Assembly (NCBI RefSeq): GCF_009914755.1
Contig: NC_060934.1
Source: the human T2T-CHM13v2.0 reference genome, Homo sapiens
DNA length: 64,000 nucleotides
Direction: 5' to 3' (one strand)
Positions 12,561-25,131 of the stretch are shown here, in pieces. The stretch's first letter is position 1. Every line of letters begins with the position of its first letter. The notes below the pieces were generated by a model, which made no database searches, was not told the origin of the DNA, and saw nothing but the letters and a program-made list of their open reading frames with translations. The translations under genes and the position numbers were made by a program.

Positions 12561-14017
12561 ATTTTACTTTTATTACCTTTTTTTTTTTTTTTTTTAATTT
12601 CTGCCTTTAAAACAAACCCAGAGCTTTGTAATAATAGCAATGCCTTTTGCCTTAACAGCTCTTAGGGTCAGTGGGCCGCAGGGTGAATTCAAGATTCCTG
12701 TGATCTCAATTCATCTAATTTCTAGAGAATTTGAGCAATGGCTCCTCCAGCGATTCAGGCCTGGCCTCGGCCGTAGACCTGCATCCCACCTGGCCTGGGG
12801 GCCGACGTGCAGCAGCACCGGTGCCTTCCCCTCCCTCCCGTGCAGGGCTCTCCGCTCTCCTCGCCTGGAATGATACCATTCCTGTCCTTCTGATTACGCT
12901 GGCACCAGGTCTTCTGTGAAATTTGCTTGAGAACATTTTAGGTTCTGGACCTCTCATTGTGCTCTGGCCTGTAATTTGCCCCATGATCATCTGTATGTCT
13001 CTCAGTCTACAACTTTGGATATATTTATGTGCATTATTCTGGTTTCTTTATACAAAAGACACAAGAAACCTCTTATTGTGTCTTTTTCTGTTTTAATCTA
13101 ATTCCAGGAAAAATCATTGCCTGCAACACAGATCGAATGCGTCTTCATGAACCACTATAAATACATGGGTATGCATGTAATGTTATGCCTCCCCTCCCCC
13201 TTCTCTAAGCACGCTGTCTTCTCCGGTGCTGTCTATCTTTTTAGATCCATGGATATACTTGGAATTTCTGAAATGGAACTGAAAGTGTCCACAAGAGGAG
13301 AAGAGGCTGAGGGGAGGCAGCAGGGAAAGGGGCCAATTTCTTGGGGGCCTTAGAAACAATTAGGGAGCATTTTTGAAAGGCGTCTGACTTCTGCCACCCA
13401 GGAAAAGAGAGATTTGAATACTAGAATTTGGCCACCTAGAATAATTTACCTTACTCTGTCGAGTGAGGGCAAGCAGCTTTTTCCTCCTGTTTTCCACAAT
13501 TTGTCCCGGCTGACTATACACTGTGTTTGTGGTATGCCAAAGACACTTATTTCATCAAAGTATTAGGAATGAGTATTTTATCCGAAGAAGATTCCTGGAA
13601 AGAAGGGACATTTCGGTCATCTGTCTTGGAGGTTCGGTGTGTTCACGCGCTTCTCCGTGGTGGGCAGCATTGCCTGCTCTGGTCCTGCCTGTAACTCTGC
13701 ACCCCACCCTATCAGCCATCACCGTCTCAGCTTAACTCTGCAAGCAAAGGAAGCCAGGATCGCAGAGCCCTCCATGTAGGCTGGTCTGAGAAGGACAGAG
13801 TTAAAAGATCTTAATACTTTTCTCATTGTTACTTCTCCTCTAGGTTGAGCTCAGTCTAGCAAAAAAAAAAAAAAAACAAAAAAAAACAAAAAAACTCCCC
13901 TGTGTACAGTGAGTGTGTGTGTATCTAGTTGAGAATATTTTGTAATTGTTTGTAAGATGGTTTACTTCCTGTGAAGCTTTCACTGTCATGTCACATACCC
14001 AGGGTTAGCAGTTGTTG

Positions 14018-14125
14018 GATTTGCCAGGGACAGACCCAGCTTTTGTCCCCGTACCATGTAATTTCTGCTAGCACCCCTTGCCCACTTAACAGCATCCTGG
14101 TTTAGAAAAGGATTCATATTTTCAG
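14018..14125. mobile_element. Probable MER81 (hAT-Blackjack) remnant
   Basis: gatttgccagggacagac...tgtcccc...taatt...tagcacccctt...tcctggtttaga resembles recalled MER81. Confidence 0.5.
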
Positions 14126-16309
14126 TCTACACATGTGTCTCCTTTAAAGAACGGTACTAAGAAATTGTTTTTTCTCTTTCGTTAGCAATTCTAATTTGTT
14201 TTCCCAAGTTGCTACTCTAAAGACCAGGTACCATGAAATCCTAATTGCTTTCCCTCAATAGCTGTGCACACGAGAAAGTAATTTGGAAATAATGGACAGC
14301 GTTTTAGTGGTTACTGTGGGGAAAAAGAAGTGCCTTCATTTTTCAGTAGAACAATTGTATGTGATTCAGTGATGTATATTTTCTAATAGCAGATGGCAGA
14401 TTCAATGAGAGAAATTGCAACTCAAATCATTAGTTAAAAAATTTGTGTCACTTTGTTAGATGTGGTGATTGCATTCTAAACTGGAGGCTGAATTATACAC
14501 TATTTAGTTTTACATATCCTGTTTAACTCTTCTATATATTGTTTATCTACATATAACGATTTTAACTGCAAAATTCCATGCATGTATATGTTCCTTTCTT
14601 AAATGTGTGCTTCCATATAACTACATTCTTTAAAATTCTAACATCTGGCTAAAGCAATTTTTATGAACAGAAAATAATGTCACTATAATTGACTTAAAAT
14701 TAATAGGAAGATCAGAAATGAAGAAGTATAAATATACAACACACCTGTCAGGAAAGAAAATAAAAACCCTGGGGTTTTAGAAATACAATGTAAGTAAGAA
14801 TTCTTAATTGTATTCTCTTTAGTTTAGACTTCAGAGCAGACTTAGAATTGTGGAAGTTTAGAGAGCGAAGGACGAACAGTAGGAAGGCCAGTGGGCACCC
14901 ATGTGGGTGAGGCTGAGGGTGACTGGGGGTCCCTGTGATGCTCAGAGGAAGTCTGTGGGTCCTCCCCCCACCGAGAAGCAGACCTGCTCACACTGATGCC
15001 TGTGCATTTGGAAGATTGGAGTCTGGTCTTTTGAAAACCTGCCCGTCCACTTCAAATCCTTTTCCAAGAAGCCTGAGATGACCCAGTACTTTCTAGATGC
15101 TCTTTCTCCCAACGTGCTTTGAGCTCGCAGGCGTGAACCCAGTGCGGTGGGATGGGTGGTGCCTGGATGTGGCTGTGGGTGTTGGCTTTAGCATGGGTCT
15201 CTGCACCTTGCCCAAGGTTCACATCCCAGGTCTGTCCCTCCCACTCTCCCAGGCCAGGGGACCCTCACTGGCCACAATCCTTCCATCAATCTGTCGGGAC
15301 CCAAAGCAAACTGCCCCCACTCTGAAGAGAAAATGAAAGGACGGTCAGCCCCTGCCAGGGGACTTCATGCCAGGACACAGGACGTGGCCAGGCATGGAGG
15401 CTTCGTGCTTGTGCCTCTTAGCTCTGCCCAGGTGCCTCCACAGCCCTACCAGGGCACTGCTGACTTCGAGGCTGCTGATGCTCGATGTCTTGGAGGCAGA
15501 CCTTCTTTTATCCTCTCTTCCTCACCACTATCTTCCTCACAAGGATTCGTCCACTGCCATGCGCACAGCAGGGGCTCAAAGAGCGTTTGTTGAAGGAATG
15601 GGAAACTGAGGAATGGATGGTTATGTGCCTCACTCGAGGCCAAGGTGTTTAGCAGCCAGACAGGCCCGGGATCTGATCCTGACTCCTCGGAGTGCCCTTT
15701 GCCTCCTGCCTGCGGGAGCAGCTCAGAGACACCGTTGATGGCACGGCATCACCCCATCTGGAGCAGCTCGATCCTTGGGAACCTGTGTCACACAGCAGCA
15801 GCTGCCATTCTCTCTAACTCACAGGAAACTTAAACAGGTTCACAGGAAACACAACTGAAGAATACTGAATCATCTCAGTGACCAGTGAGAGACGGCGCAG
15901 TGCAAACCACCCGGGGAACAGTGTCACCTCGCAGGGCCTGAGCCGCCACTGGGGAACCCTTGACATAGCTGAGGAGTTTCAACAGAGGCTTGGCCAGGCC
16001 TCCGCTGTCCTGACTCTGCCCTGGTGTCCTATATTGGTCTAGATGGAGCTTGGGACCACGGCTGCCAGGAAACGCTCAGCGGGGAGGCGGAGGGAAGGAA
16101 GGGCTCCTGCACCAGCAGCACAGAAAAGCAGCACCGATGGTCCAGCCGGAGGGGCCTCAGCGAACACACGGTCCAGCTGCGGGGCCGTCTCCGCAGACAC
16201 TGGCTCCCCGCAACCAAACTTCTCACCAGTCAACCTGCCCACGTGAACCCAGAAGTCTGTGGTTTTAGTAAAAGGCTATTTGCCAAGTTAATAGTTTAAA
16301 AAATACCAA

Positions 16310-16414
16310 AAAGATGAAAGAAGAAAGAAAAGAAAGAAAGAAAAGAAGGAAGGAAGAAAGAAAAAAGAGAGGAAGGAGGAAAGGAGGGAGGGAGGAAGGA
16401 AGGAAGGAAAGAAA
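16310..16414. repeat. Polypurine (GAAA/GGAA/GGAG) tract
   Basis: Near-pure A/G run. Confidence 0.95.
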
Positions 16415-16580
16415 GCTGGAGGTCTTCACATGGAGTTAAAATGTCACTGTTTCCTAAGGAGTTTGGAGACCAGGCCCTTGGACAGGTAAGCAGATCTGAT
16501 TTACTGACACTGGGCCCAACTCCTGAAATGCTGACTTTTGAATCTAAACTTCTGTGTGCATATATCTATATGTCTCTATC

Positions 16581-16628
<48 letters not shown>
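16581..16628. repeat. (TCTA)12 tetranucleotide STR
   Basis: Uninterrupted TCTA units. Confidence 0.95.
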
Positions 16629-16629
<1 letters not shown>

Positions 16630-16784
16630 GAGCTAAATGGACAAAGCACACACGGCAGAATCCCCCATTTGTCTTGAGCCTCTGTGGCTAGTTCAGTTCC
16701 CCAAGTGAATAAGTTACGATTTGTATGATGACCTGGAAGGATCTGAGACAGGAGATGCGCCCATTAGAAGGCGAGGCGAGATGG

Positions 16785-17072
16785 TGAGAGAGAGACACAG
16801 AGAGACAGAGACAGAGCGGGACAGAGATAGAGAGACAGAGAGAAAGAGAGACAGAGACAGACACACAGAGACAGACAGAGAGAGACAGGGATATAAAGAA
16901 AGAGACAGAGACAAAGAGAGAGACAGAGAGTCAGAGAGAGACAGAGATATATAAGGAGAGGGACAGAGAGAGAGAGAGGCAGAGACAGAGGCAGAGAGAG
17001 AGACAGTGACCAAAAGAGAAGGTGGTGGCGGGGGAGAGACAGAGAGCGAGAGAGAGAGACAGAGAGAGAGAA
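16785..17072. repeat. (GA/GACA)-rich low-complexity tract
   Basis: gagacagagagaga-type degenerate repeat. Confidence 0.93.
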
Positions 17073-19391
17073 CTGGATCCAGAATGTACCCAGTGGCCTC
17101 CAGCAGCGGCTGCTTCTTTGCTGTTTCTTGCCCATCGTGTGGCACCAGACACACAGCCTGTGTCATGAACCCCCAGCCTGCAGAACGTGAGCAGCAGGAG
17201 GCATGTAGAGAGGATGGGCAGTTGGGGAGCAATCCTCTCTCATTCCCAGAGGGAGCGTGGCTGGTTTACCCAACACCTAACGAGGTCAGCAAAGGTTGCC
17301 TCTGGGTTCTGACTCCGTCTATTTTTCAGCTTCTGATTTTATTCTTAAATTCTGTTCTGATGAGCTGCAGAGGAGGAGGCCTTTGGAAGTAAGCATTTCT
17401 ATATTCGCACCTGTCTCCTTTTTAGAAATTAAATGCAACCATTTGTCATATCTTAAAATCAGTTTAGGGTTTAATTGGCCATAAATTTGATCATATTTTG
17501 CCTTCATACTCTAGACACATAGAAATTATTTTCTAAAGTATCATTTTTTTTTAAAAAAATGTAATACTGCTCAAAATACTATGATATTATGCTCAAGACT
17601 TTCTTATAAATGACGTCCTAAAAGAATGGCAGCATTTGGCACTGCTTGTTTTTTATCCCTACATTTTTATACTGCCTTGGGACATTGACAATTATTATTT
17701 AAATCAAAAAGGAAACCAAAAATAATTCACATTGTTGGTCACTGTTTTCTTCCTTGAATATATTACTAAACCATGTCTGGGAACTCCATTTTGAAAGTAG
17801 CAGTTTCTCCTGACATGAAAACTACATATATTGATTTTTGGCACCGAGAACAAGATTTGTTGTCTCATTCACATACAAACGTATATACGTTAAAATTACC
17901 TTAAAACTTCAGTATAATTTAGAAGATGTTAAATGCATCCACTTATGACATATCGATTTGTGCGGTTTTATTTTTTAACAGTATATGTTGAAGGTGAGTG
18001 TGCCACTATTTAAAAATGTTTGCGGTATGGTGAATATACACTAGGATTTAGCTCGAGACTGCTTTTTTTTAAGATGTACTAAACACATGTGTTTGCTTTG
18101 CTGTCTCTCCCCCTTGGCGGTTGCTACCTGGGCTGATTAACCACGGCTTTCTCCCTTTTGGGTCCCCCAGCACCTGCACCTGCGAGGTGCTGGGTAGAAT
18201 GCCCAGTGACAGTGGAGGGGAAGCAGGACGGGCACCATGCTCACCGCACGGCAGGAAAGGCCTCCCTCCCGAGTGTGTCTCTAAGCCTGGTGGCTTCAGG
18301 ATTTGCTGATTTCTTGGTGAAGCCTCAGCTGAAGCACAGACCTTTTGCCTCAGATCATGTGGCAGTCTTACATCATTTCTCTCACCAGAGAGTCTCATGC
18401 CCCCTGGCCTGTCACAGCAGTGGGTGAGTCAGGAGGGCACAACTATGGGAGAAGATGGGGATTCTGACAGGCAAAAGACCAAAGTGAGTCCTGCTAGTGC
18501 TTCGGAAAGGCATGGGGGCTGGTTATTGTAGTGGCTGGGAGGACGGGGCAGATAGGAACCCACAGGGACAGGGGGGCGCTGGACCTGAGTGGGGACACAG
18601 AGAGAACACCGCATGCTGGAAACTTCCAGGAGGATGGGAGCCCGCATCCTGGAAACCGGAGGACTTGAGTGACAGGTGCAGGAGAGGCTGCTGCTCCAAT
18701 CATCTGAGAGCACAGTCTGGCCAATGGGGAACTCAGGGCAAACACCTGCTGGGCTTTAGGGTCTCCTGCCTCCCAGACAAAACCTGTCATTGGGTCTTCC
18801 AGTTTCATGGAATTGAATTGATTCCATTTATTTATTCCAATAAATAAATATCGAATGATGTGAAAGAATCAGCATTTCTAAGAATAATTTTTAATGCACT
18901 CAGAATTAAGGTGGAGTTAAAAGAAAGCCCACTCTAAAGTCTTTTCTTGAAGGCCCTCGCATTTGAACATCTGCCATCCAGCAAAGGAGACACACACTTT
19001 ACTGCAGAGCAAAACTGGGATCATACTGTATACTTTTAGAAGTGTAACTTTTGATCTATTTTTACTTTTTTTTTTTTAAAAAAAGCCTGTATGACAGGTT
19101 TTGTTTACAATTTCATGAAAATATTTGCTTGGTGCTTGATACTGATACTATAGTTTATTTCAATCATGTTTGTGTTCTGTGATATTTTCTCATTATAAAT
19201 TTAGGAAGTAAAACAGATAAATGGTGTGGAGTTGTTCAAAGCAAAATCACCACTGGGATTTGAAATGTTTTTCTGCTGCAAATGAGTAAGAATTGTGGAT
19301 ATTGTGGCAGCTGCAGTTCCTGAGGAGCTATGAAGCCAGATACGTGGGTATCAGGACTCCCTCTTTCATCTCCCCTTTCATTTAGTTGCAG

Positions 19392-20105
19392 AGGTGAGAG
19401 TGCAGGCGAGCAGGCAGGTGAGTATGCAGGTGAGTGGACAGGTGAGTGTGCAGGTGAGTGTGCAGGTGAGTGGACAGGTGAGTGGACAGGTGAGTGTGCT
19501 GGTGAGTGTGCAGGTGAATGGACAGGTGAGTGTGCAGGTGAGTGGACAGGTGAGTAGGCAGGTGATATGCTGGTGAGTGGACAGGTGAGTGGACAGGTGA
19601 GTATGCAGGTGATATGCTGGTGAGTGGGCAGGTGAGTATGCAGGTGAGTGTGCAGGCGAGTAGGCAGGTGAGTGTGCTGGTGAGTGGAAAGGTGAGTAGG
19701 CAGGTGATATGCTGGTGAGCGGACAGGTGAGTAGGCAGGTGAGTGTGCAGGTGAGTGTGCTGGTGAGTGTGCAGGTGAGTGTGCTGCTGAGTGGAAAGGT
19801 GAGTAGGCAAGTGAGTGTGCAGGTGAGTGGACAGGGGAGTGTGCAGGTGAGTGGACAGGTGAGTGTGCTGGTGAGTGTGCAGGTGAGTGGACAGGTGAGT
19901 AGGCAGGTGAGTGTGCAGGTGAGTGGACAGGTGAGTGTGCAGGTGAGTGTGCAGGCGAGTAGGCAGGTGAGTGTGCTGGTGAGTGTGCAGGTGAGTGTAC
20001 AAGTGAGTAGGCAGGTGAGTATGCAGGTGAGTGTGCTGGTGAGAAGGCAGGTGAGTGTGAAGATGAGTGAACAGGTGAGCTTGCAGGTGCGTGTGCAGGT
20101 GAGTG
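19392..20105 (+). repeat. 12-bp minisatellite, ~59 units, core CAGGTGAGT
   Basis: Variants gcaggtgagtgt / acaggtgagtgg / gctggtgagtgt; about 34 exact CAGGTGAGT by manual count. Confidence 0.98.
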
Positions 20106-22214
20106 GGCACCTGTTTATCTCAGGTCTCTACAGGGCTGAGCCAGGCAGGCATCAGGCAGCTATGCTGTGACGCCACCAGCATATAGAAGAGGGAAGATAA
20201 AAATGGCTGCAGGAGGCTCTTCAGGAACTGACGGTGGGTGCCCTTTCTCGTCCATCTGAATGACTGTGAGGGTGTTTGTTTTGTTTTGTAGCATGTTGGT
20301 TTGTATAGAAGAGACAAGTGCCCAAGTCTTGTCATTCTCACTTATAAAATGGAAGGACCACCTCTGCGCCATGCTGGGCTGAGTACTGACTGGGTAGGAT
20401 GTGGGCAGAACTTGGCATAATACTGAGCCCTCAGTAAATAGTAGATAAAGAAGAAAATAAACACAAAGCTTTGTTAAGAGAGAGGGCTGGGGAAGAAGGG
20501 CAGTGAAGAGGAGGTCACTGAGTGGGAGGATCCAGAGAGCAGGTGCTGCAGCCTGGGCTCCCCAGGGGCCATCCTGAGCCAGGACTTCCCCTGCGTGGAC
20601 ATTTGCTGCTGGTGCTTCTGGGCCCCCAAATGCTCCTAGTGCTCTTCTGCACCCACGTACAGCGTTTCCCTGCTTGGCTCACTCACACACCCTACTGCAG
20701 CACTGTAGGCAGGTCTTTTCCTGCAGCGGTGACCTTTCTCCACATCCACTGCCCCCGAGTGCTCATTTACATGGCCAGAGTGGCCCCAGCCTGTGAGAGG
20801 GTTGGCTTCAGCAGCCCAGGCTCCTGCAGGCCAGCGAGCTCTCAGCAGAGGTGGAGCTCAGAACAGGGCTTTGGGCTTCAGTTCAGGAGGCCAGTAAATG
20901 AACAGAGGATGCATCTGCTGACGTTTGTTTGGAGGCAGACAGTGGCTCTGTGTGCTTGTCTGGGGTGGGCCTGTCCCTGTCACTGATGGGGATGAGGGGC
21001 TCAGTGAGCCAGGGGACCAGGGCTCTCAGCTGGGAAAGGACAGCTTGGATGAGCCCCGGTGGGGCTGTCACCGGCACTCAACTGTGCTCAGGTTGCAACT
21101 CCCCACCCCATGTGCACCAGCTGTCAATGGCTGCTGCCTGGGATAAAAGGGCCTTCCCCCATTTCTCCTCATGTCACAGAAGAGCTTGGGGATGTGTTGA
21201 GTGTGGGGCGGAAACTGGTGAGGCCGAAGTACACAGCAGAAAGTAAAGGTGCCATCAGCAGAGAGCCAGGCCGGTGCCTCCAACACCCCACCCTCACTCT
21301 CATTCCGTCCCCTGATGTCCATTTCTTAGAGAAGGTGAATAAAATGGATCATGCAGTGGCCACGGCGGCCTCCCCCTTCCCCTCCCAGGCCCAGGCGCAC
21401 TCTGCACCTCCTTGCTTAGGCCTGAGGAAGAGCTCAGTGTCCTTGGGAGGTTGAGGAGGAAAATGCTGGGGTTCTCGTTATGAGGTTTTCCATGCAGCAG
21501 GCACCCAGCAGGACGGTGCTCTACCCAGCCCCTCAAGGCAAGATGATGGGGGCCAGGACTGGGGCACCCTGGGCTGCAAGCTCAACGGGGTCTTGTGAGG
21601 CCCTCCTGCCGCCCAGTGAGCCCGCTGCAGCCAGCTCCTCAACTGGCCATAGAGGTCAGTGACACCCAGTAAGATGGCCGCTGGGCAGGACACAAGACAC
21701 GTCCTGCTAACCCTCCATCTGTCATGAACTACATCTCTTAACCTTTTGGGGCCTTTGTTTCTTACATTAAAACAATGACAAGACCTCCGTGATGTCCCTG
21801 GCATTTTTTGAAGATCAAAGTGTCTTATATCTGAAAGACCTTTAGGAAAAAAATTAGATACCCACACAGGGAATCCTGAGGCTGCAAATCATGGAAGGTG
21901 GCGTCCTTCCCTCCCGCCTCCCAGCTGAGCCGTCTGCTGAGCGAGGAGGAGCCACAAGTGATGTGGGCCGAGAGCACGGAACGGACAGCCTCTTACACAT
22001 GCACAGCATGAAGGAAACAGCCGGTTTGAGGGCATTTTCTCAGAGGACATGAGTCGAACCTGCATAGATGATGAGGTGTCAGGCTGGGACAAGGGCTTTG
22101 AGTTGAAGATTGAGAAACCGGTGCTGAAAGCAGAGGGGACATGGCGAAAGGTGGAGTTTTAGGAAAGAGAATTGGGCAGACGACGGGAGCGAGAGGACGG
22201 GTTAGAAGTGGCAC

Positions 22215-22605
22215 AAGTCTTCTTAGACTTTCCTGGAAAGCACCACAGAGAACAGACACTCCTGTTCCCAGCGTTTTGGAGGCTGGGTGAACAGACACTC
22301 CTGTTCCCAGCGTTTTGGAGGCTGGGTGTCCAAGGTCAAGGTGTCGGCAGGGCTGGTTCCTCCTAAGGTCCCTGTCCTTATAGACCCTGCTGTCTCCCTG
22401 TGTCCTCACGGGGTCCTCCCTCTGTGCATGTCTGTGTCCTAACGTCTGCTTTTATAAGGACACCATGCAGATTGGAGTAGGGTCCACCCTAAAGACCTCA
22501 TTTTATCTTAATTATCTCTGTAAAGACCCCACCTCCAAACCCAGTCAACTGAGGTCCTGGGGGTCAGACTTCAACCTGTGAATTCGGGGGACACATACAG
22601 CCTGG
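22215..22605 (-). mobile_element. MLT1 (MLT1B-like) MaLR solo LTR with perfect internal 39-bp duplication
   Basis: gtccaaggtcaaggtgtcggcagggctggttcc...ttataaggacacca...gacctcattttatcttaatta...gggggacaca; duplicated units start at 22250 and 22289. Confidence 0.88.
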
Positions 22606-22781
22606 AAGAGGCAGCTATTTCAGTTACCTGACATAAGGCAGGAGGGGCTATGTTGGCAGAGTGGAGAGGAAAGAGGATTTGAGGGGTGATCTCAGGATGT
22701 TGAGTGGCACTGCCAGGAGATCCAGGGGCAGCGATTCAGGGGCTGAGTTGACAGAAAAACAGAAGTCAAAAGAGAAACCAT

Positions 22782-22885
22782 GGGCAGCAACATTGTAACA
22801 GGTAACAGGGCTGCAACATTGTAACAGGTAACTGGGCTGCAACATTATAGCAGGTAACAGGGCTGCAACACTGTAATAGGTAACT
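22782..22885. repeat. 26-bp tandem repeat x4
   Basis: gggctgcaacattgtaacaggtaac(a/t); gcaac at 22787, 22813, 22839, 22865. Confidence 0.92.
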
Positions 22886-23789
22886 CAACTTCCTGACTCC
22901 CTTGTACAGGTTATTAAGCTGAATTGGTTTTGTGGGTGAATTAAGATTATTGATGGACCAGAATGAATCAATAGAAGTAAAACCTTAATAAGTAGTGCTA
23001 ATTAATTCACCCCTCATGGAACGGCTTGCTTGTGATTGGATTTTATGAACAGAGCAATTCTACTGTTTTTGTTTCTTAAAAAAAAAATTAAAACTAATAT
23101 ATTCCCCTGGCTGCTAAGAAGCTGCTATAAATTAAAAGCCAGTCTGCTCAGCTCATTAAAAAGGTAGTGGCTGGATTCTGTAGTCTCAGTGCTGATTATT
23201 TTTCTGGGAGGGAAATGCATGCTTGTTCTGGCAACTCACAGGTGGTGATCGTGGAGAATAATGGGTCTTAAAGATGCCAAAGCAGCACATTTCATAGCAG
23301 AGACACGGGAGAAAAGTAAGCAGATGGGCATGCAGCACTCAGCACCAGCACTGCCGGGTCAGAGGGGCCCTGGAGCCCCTTCCTGTTTGCACACACTGGA
23401 GACACATGCGTGCAGACGCTGCTCTGAGGGGCTCTGTGCACAGCCACCCTCTCTCTCCCTCAGTCCTCAGCCTCCTCCCCACCTGCTCCTGCGCCTCTCT
23501 GGCCCTGGGGTGGAGGAGGGTGGGAGGTTCAGCTGGGGGACTCTGTGGGATCCCCCTGTGGTCAAGCTCCATGGTTTCCAGATGGGGTCACAGAGACCGA
23601 GAGAGCCTGGCGGTTTGGCTCTGGCCTTGGGGCAGTGCCAGGGTCGTTTCTGAATCAGCTCAACCCAGTCCACCTGCATCCCTCCTCCACTGCACATTGC
23701 TCAGGAAACCCTTCCTGTCAGAGAGCCCATGAAGCCCCTCAAGTCAGAGAGGGGCACCTATAGCTGCAGAGCACAAAGCGCATGGGAGG

Positions 23790-24440
23790 GGTACTCCGGG
23801 GCCATGGGAGGGGGCTCAGGGCCACGGGAGGGGGTTCAGGATCCATGGGAGGGGGCTCAGAGCCCCCTATCCAATAGGATAAGCCTATTGGAGGGGGTTC
23901 AAGGCCACTGGAGGGGGGCTCAGGGTCACTAAAGGGAAGTTCAGGACCCATGGGAGGGGGCCCAGGGCCACTCGGCGGGGGGGTCAGGGTCACAGGAGGG
24001 GGCCCAGGGTCACAGGAGGGGGCTCAGGGCCACGGGAGGGGGCTCAGAGTCACAGGAGGGGGCCCAGGGTCACGGGAGGGGCATCAGGGTCACAGGAGGG
24101 GGCCCAGGGTCACAGGAGGGGGGTCCACGGTCACAAGAGGGGGGTCCACGGTCACAGGAGGGGGGTTCAGGGTCACAGGACAGGTCTCAGGGTCACTGGA
24201 GGAGCTCAGGGTCACAGGACAGGTCTCAGGGTCACAGGAGGTGGCTTAGGGTCACTGTAGGGCTCAGGGTCAAAGGAGGAGGCTCAGGATCACTGGAGGG
24301 GCTCAGGGTCACAGGATGGGTCTCAGGGTCACAGGATGGGTCTCAGGGTCACAGGAAGTGGCTTAGGGTCACAGGAGGGGGCTCAGAGTCACAGGAGGGG
24401 GCTCAGGGTCACTGGAGGGGCTCAGGGGCCATTGCAGGAG
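23790..24440. repeat. ~20-bp G-rich minisatellite, ~30 units
   Basis: Unit ggctcagggtcacaggaggg with 19-21 bp variants. Confidence 0.95.
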
Positions 24441-25131
24441 GGCTCTCCCTGCTGGACTTCCTGCAAATACGGTAGCAGCAGTTCATGCTATGGTTCTGTG
24501 GTGCTGGCAGGAGCCGAGATGACTGAGGGTCCCGTGAACTGCAGGTGGGACCCCAGGGATAAGCAGTGCTAGGTCTGTGTCTCCATCCAGCGATCTTCGG
24601 TCTCAAGTGGGTGAGGGGCACTGTGCAACCCCCGTTTGGAGACAGGTGATCATCAGTCTGTAGTGAGCGGAGGGGCGCTGTGCACCCTCCAGTTGGAGAT
24701 GGAGCAGCTGTGTTTCCTGAAGCTTTGAGCCCTGAAACCCACATCCCCAGGGTCTCTCAAGGAAAGGCCCTTGGGGACAATGGCTGCAAAACACATTGAA
24801 GGTGGAGGATGAGGAGGGGCGTGTGGACTTCGTCAAGTGCGATTCAGTCTGCTGTGTGGCCCTGGGGCAGCAGCTGCTTGCCCTCTCCAAGCCTCAGTTC
24901 CCCTTCTGGTCTTGGAGGCAGTGAGGTGTCTCCAAGGGGCTGGGGCTGGGTGACAGCGGGCCTCAGGCTCTGGGTAGGTTGCTGGCCCGGGGAGGCTCAG
25001 CAGGTGCAGTGGTTGCTGTCCCCTTGGGTTCCCATGGCTGATTGAACAGATTCAGTGCAGTTCTCACGAAGGACCCTCCAACTTTCTCCACCTTGTAGAG
25101 CCCTAGGCCTGGGGTGGCTCAGACACAGCAA

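Noticed and set aside
13861-13894. Orphan A-tail suggesting a processed pseudogene
   Set aside because: No poly(A) signal, TSD or recognisable upstream body
16394-16409. GGAA run as an EWS-FLI1 microsatellite enhancer
   Set aside because: Only four consecutive units; the 56.7 kb tract is also heavily interrupted
16451-16491. 27-nt micro-exon ending in CAG|GTAAGC
   Set aside because: Good donor but very short pyrimidine tract; chance occurrence likely
19330-20170. His/Thr- and Val/Ser/Gln-rich ORFs
   Set aside because: Read-through of the 12-bp repeat
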